Assembly (NCBI GenBank): GCA_001938485.1
Contig: MQRK01223189.1
Coordinates: 1 to 55,677 of the forward strand
Reading direction: 5' to 3'
Length of the DNA: 55,677 nt
DNA from: Girardia tigrina
Lineage: Eukaryota
The notes beneath the pieces were generated by a model. The model saw only the letters and a list, made by a program, of their open reading frames with translations, did no database searches and had not been told where the DNA came from. The position numbers and the translations under genes are program-made. Shown here one piece after another: positions 50,881 through 55,677 of the stretch (position 1 is the stretch's first letter; each line of letters begins with the position of its first letter).

Positions 50881-52739
50881 ACCATGTTGAAGAAAAACAA
50901 AACAAATTAAAAAAAAATTAAAAACCTATTACAAACAATTTATTCAGATTTAAAAATAAATTTTTAAAAATAATATTGTAATTTTTTTGGGAAATCAGTT
51001 TTAATTTTTAGAAATTTTTTAAGAATATAAAATGTATTAACATTGAAAATTATTCATTAATTTTGTCATTGACATTTTGGCGACAAAATAATTCATTTAA
51101 ATAACAGTAAAAAAGTAAATTTAAAAAATATTTCTTTCTTGTAGGGAAGAAATCAAAAAAATTTTTATTAATAAATATTTTTATTTAATTTTTATTTTTA
51201 ATATTATGAAAACAGGAAACAAATTATCCTGTTGAATCCTCAATTTTTTAATAAATTATTTCGTAAGTCATAAATTTTAATTTATAATTACAAATATCAA
51301 CGTTCTTATGCTAGAAAATTTTCGAGATAACATAAGAAAAATAAGAACGTATTTCTCAAAGTAACAGACCCTTAAAGACATCTTATTAATATTAAACTTT
51401 TAACATTTTGTTTTATTAAAAACTAGCGTTGGTAACCACCGTGCATTTAGAAAATCTGGTAGTGCGTATTTAACGTAACAGAAAATGATCTCGCTATAGT
51501 CACGTCGTGATTCCAATACACATTTTTAATATGAAATATACAGATAGAACGCTTGAATTGCATTTGATAAGGGCTTAAAGGCCTTCAACCGCAAACACTG
51601 CTGATACATTGATGTTTTGAAATACTTCAACCCTATTGTTCAGTTATATTTACAATATATATATAACAACTGGATTGTTGGTCTAAGTAAATTGAACGTG
51701 TTAAAGAAAGAAAATTGGTACTCAAACGTCGTTGTTTCTTCAAAAGATGTTTAATAGTTTCGTTTACTTTTGAGTACAATGTAATCAGTTACTCGATCAG
51801 CGTATCATGTGTTTCCAAGAATGAATGTTATTTTAATTTGTAAAAAAAGTTAAATTTGCATTAGGATCTTCAAAAATTTTCCTTTGCTTTATTCTGTCGT
51901 ATCATAAATTATTAAAGTCAATTTACAACAATTCGAAAATGCTACAATTATAAAATAGAAAACTCAGAATTTTCTGAGGTTGTAAATCATTTCTTTCGGA
52001 AAAAAATTGACGGAAATGTTCTCATGGACATGAAGAATCCTTGTTGAAAGTTTGACTTCATATGATCGTACTGTCTCAAAATGCACAGTGAAAAGACAAA
52101 TATACATTTTTCTTTATATAAATGAATATTTATTTTTTTCCTTTGTGTTCCCTCAATTGCAATTAAAGATATCTTTATTAATAATTCGTTAGTGGGACTC
52201 ACTGTTTTAACTATTTGCTTAATTTGAGACCAGAGTTACTGGATTTTTATGATAGTATTCTGAATTTCATATTTTAAAATTATAAAATACATTAATTAAT
52301 ACGATTGATTTTTCAATAGAAATGTATTTTAAAGTTTTTACAATTAAATCTGTATAATTCTAAAGAATTTAAGTCTTAATAGAGCAGAATGTTTACCAGT
52401 TTAGTAAAGTTCAGTTTGTGATCAACAAATGCCTAGATATAATTGGGGTTTTTCGACCTTTCTTAAATAAAAACGTTATCGAAATGGAGACAATTTTTAA
52501 ACATATCAATAGAAAATCTCCTAATAATGAAGATTTCAAGCGATTTTTAGCCATCTAAACTGCTTTATTCACTGTGAAACTTTGAAATTGTTTTTAAATA
52601 CCTTTTATATCCATATAAAAATTTTCTTATTTTTTGAGTCCGAAATTTTATTTTTATAAAGTACTAAAACAGTATTTTATATGGGCTAGTCAAGTCAGAA
52701 AAATTTTAATTATGGACAATAATAAAAAATGTATTCGTG

Positions 52740-54006
52740 CGTGGTGCATTCAATATGTAACCGACCTGACAAAGAAAACGAATTCTAAAAAGGGTCATTT
52801 TCATAACACAACAAGATTAACACAAGTAGGCATCATTTTTCAATATAATGTCAATTTCTATCAACGCACTTCCACCAACGAAAAATCAACTCAGAAAACG
52901 CCTTTTTGAAAAATTCTGTGGGGCATACGGCAAAGAAATCCTCCACCGCAACTTTCAGATCGTATTTGAATCAAAACTGGATGCCTCTCAAATGCTTCTT
53001 TATGTGTCTAAAGAGGTAAAAATCGTACGGTGCCAAATCTTGGCTGTATGGTGGATGAGCTACAAGCACTAGTCCAGCACCTTGAAATTGTGGCCCGAGA
53101 AATGCCCGTTGTGTGCACTGGCACATAGTCGTGGAGAAACCATAGTGGTGTGTTTTGCTACCGCCTATTTTTTCTGGCGGTTTCCACGAGTTTACCGTAA
53201 AATACAGCGTTCGAAACAATCTCGAAATCCATGAGAATAACATCTTTATAATCCTAGAAAATGGAAATCATCATCGCTTGTCCCTATTCTCATCTTCAAA
53301 GATGACTTCTCTCCAGGTAGTTTCTACTCTGCGGATTCAGGCTTTGTTTCTGGCAAATACATAATGAGTGTTGTTTCATTCTCTATAATTAAATTTGTCG
53401 GGAAATTCTCACCATGCTGGTCCCACAGGTTCAATTTCTTCTAACTGCACTCAAAGCGATTTCGTATCATTTCACCAATTAAGAAGCGGGGTACGAATCT
53501 GCAGCAATAATTTCTGATTTCAATTTGGCGTGGGCTGTACCAACACTGATGTTGAGCTTCGTTGAAAGCATTTTCATGGTAATTCGACTCTCTTCTTGGA
53601 GAGTCTTCTCCAATTTTTTAACAACTGTGTCAAAAATTTCTTGTGGCAGACTTAATTTTTCTTGATTAAAAACGGAGATACGACAACCTTTAAACTGTCT
53701 TGCCCAATATTTAACAGCTGTCAAAAATGGGGAGTCAAGTGCTTAAGTTGACTGCAAAAATTTCGTAGATTTCACTGCCCATACTCTTCTGCAACACAAA
53801 GAACTTGATAACACTGCTATATTTGACAACTGAAATCATCGCACTTACAAAAATTTAAAATACCGCAATAAAAATTTTAATGCTTTCGATAAAATGAAAC
53901 AATTACTGAAATTAAAACCGATATTATCTTATTTAAACACACAAAAAAACAAAAATTTTCTATTACATTTTTTACCTTAGGTCGGGTACTTAGAGAATGC
54001 ACCACT
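52740..54006 (-). mobile_element. Full-length decayed mariner (1267 bp)
   Basis: ~28-bp TIRs (C/A)GTGGTGCATTC...GTA.CCGACCT; VKYWARQFKG, HPPYSQDLAPYDFYLF. Confidence 0.9.
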
Positions 54007-55677
54007 TATCTTTCATTTAAAGTTTAAATGTAGTCATAAATTTGAGTATATAATACCATAGTTTTACAAAAGCTTTTCTGACTTTTTAACAGACTTAACT
54101 AAAGGCGGACCATGCTTTATCATTTTGGGAAATTTGAGGCAAGCGTCTTTCAATTTTATTTATATACAAAGTTCATTTTTCATCAGTTCTAAAGAGCAAC
54201 TGTTAAACAGCAAGTCTACTCACAAGTCAAATCATTCAAGAGACAACTACAACTGAGAAGGCGACTCAGTGTTTCACTAATTTGAATATGACACTGGCTC
54301 CTGAAAATTATAGGCTGTATTATATGTATTATATAACCATGTTTTTAAAATTTAATACGTAACATTTGTCAAGTTGGCACATTATCGTCAAATATGTTCC
54401 CTTATTCTAGATGATTCTAGATACAAAATGGTCCTACCTTGTAGGAAAGCAAATAACGATTTAACAAAAGGAATATGGATTCAAAGCAATAATTGGAAAG
54501 ATACATAATCGCATTCTTCTCATAAAAATGTTGATGCTATTTTTAATTATCTATTTCAATTTTTGTGTAATTTGTTCTGTATTTTATAACATTTTCTATG
54601 TATATTTTAGGGATTTATAAATTTTTTTAATTATAATTACTTTTAGGTGCGACCATTTACTGAAGACCGCTGCTATAGTAATTTAAAATTTATTTTTTCG
54701 GATTACTTTTATAAAGTAAAATACATTATAATATATGATTACGCTTAATATATTTTAAATTTTATAAAAATTAATAATCCTCATTCTTCATTTTTACAAT
54801 TTTTCGAGCTCTTGATTATTAATATAAGGGTCGAATAAGTTGTGAGACTACCACAAAAAATAATCAAATTATTTAAATGATTTTTTTCTAATAAGCAAGT
54901 GATAAAACATCAATAATTATATTTTGTTTCATAAATTCTTTTTAATTATTTTACAATGCATAGATGTTTAAAAATTTCTTTTGAAAGTGTTACTACTAAA
55001 TAGTCATTTGTTCTTTGTTCTTAAAAGGAAAAATCTGGGAAGAGAAATTTATAGAGTTGAGTTCCAGTTCTAGTGAAGAAAATCCATCAATGGCTATGTA
55101 GTGACCATCAAATGTCAATATATTAACTAAATAAATTAATTAAAAAACTGTAAATAATAAAAAAACAATTACTTTTGACAAATTTAAAAAGAAAATTTTC
55201 ACCATTTTACAAAAATCGTAAATTTATAAATCTAAAATTTAATTACTCCTTTTGAGAAATTTAAAAAAGAAAATTTTCCTTAAAAGAAAATTTTTACATT
55301 TTGCAAAACTCTTGATTTCAAAACCTTTTAAAAAAATTAAAAAAATCAAAGAAAAATATATGTTTATGCAAAAGGAAAAGTGAACCGAAAAGGACAGAAC
55401 TATATTTTCAACAAATTACGATCAAAGAAAAAAAATGTCGAACTAAAATTAAATATACTTTGTTTTAATAAAAAAAAGAAAAAGAAGCGAAGAAATATAT
55501 TAGGGAATCACGCTGAAACTACAAACAACTGTCAATCAACGTTAAAACTTGGAGCAGCAAGAGTGCAGATGTATAAAAAAATTGTTTATGTGAATAAACA
55601 TTGACAACTAACCGAATTCGTTTTATTTATTTTCGTCATATTCAATTATCGACTACTAATGGTTTTTGAAACACGCG

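Overview
This is very AT-rich eukaryotic (animal) genomic DNA with three N gaps; the 42-50 nt introns and mariner/Penelope load are compatible with a triclad flatworm, but that is inference only. The window holds the 5' part of a canonical ankyrin gene (Ank2/unc-44 type) on the minus strand: 11 phase-0 exons from 34592 to 10176, 525 codons, about ANK repeats 1-16, with the rest of the gene left of the window. Its long introns and the upstream region are packed with nested, mostly decayed transposons: several mariners (DD34D), a rosa/DD41D element, pogo, hAT, piggyBac and Harbinger MITEs, Penelope-like elements with minimal hammerhead ribozymes, copies of a TG...TA Gypsy LTR, RLE non-LTR remnants and an 18S rRNA fragment. 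The most unusual object is a 2.37-kb Gypsy (Mag-like) LTR element at 40224-42592. It has ~97-bp LTRs, a 5-bp TSD, a -1 frameshift signal, and protease fused in frame to integrase with no RT/RNase H. Its primer-binding site is complementary to nt 1-12 (the 5' end) of tRNA-Lys(UUU) instead of a tRNA 3' CCA end.
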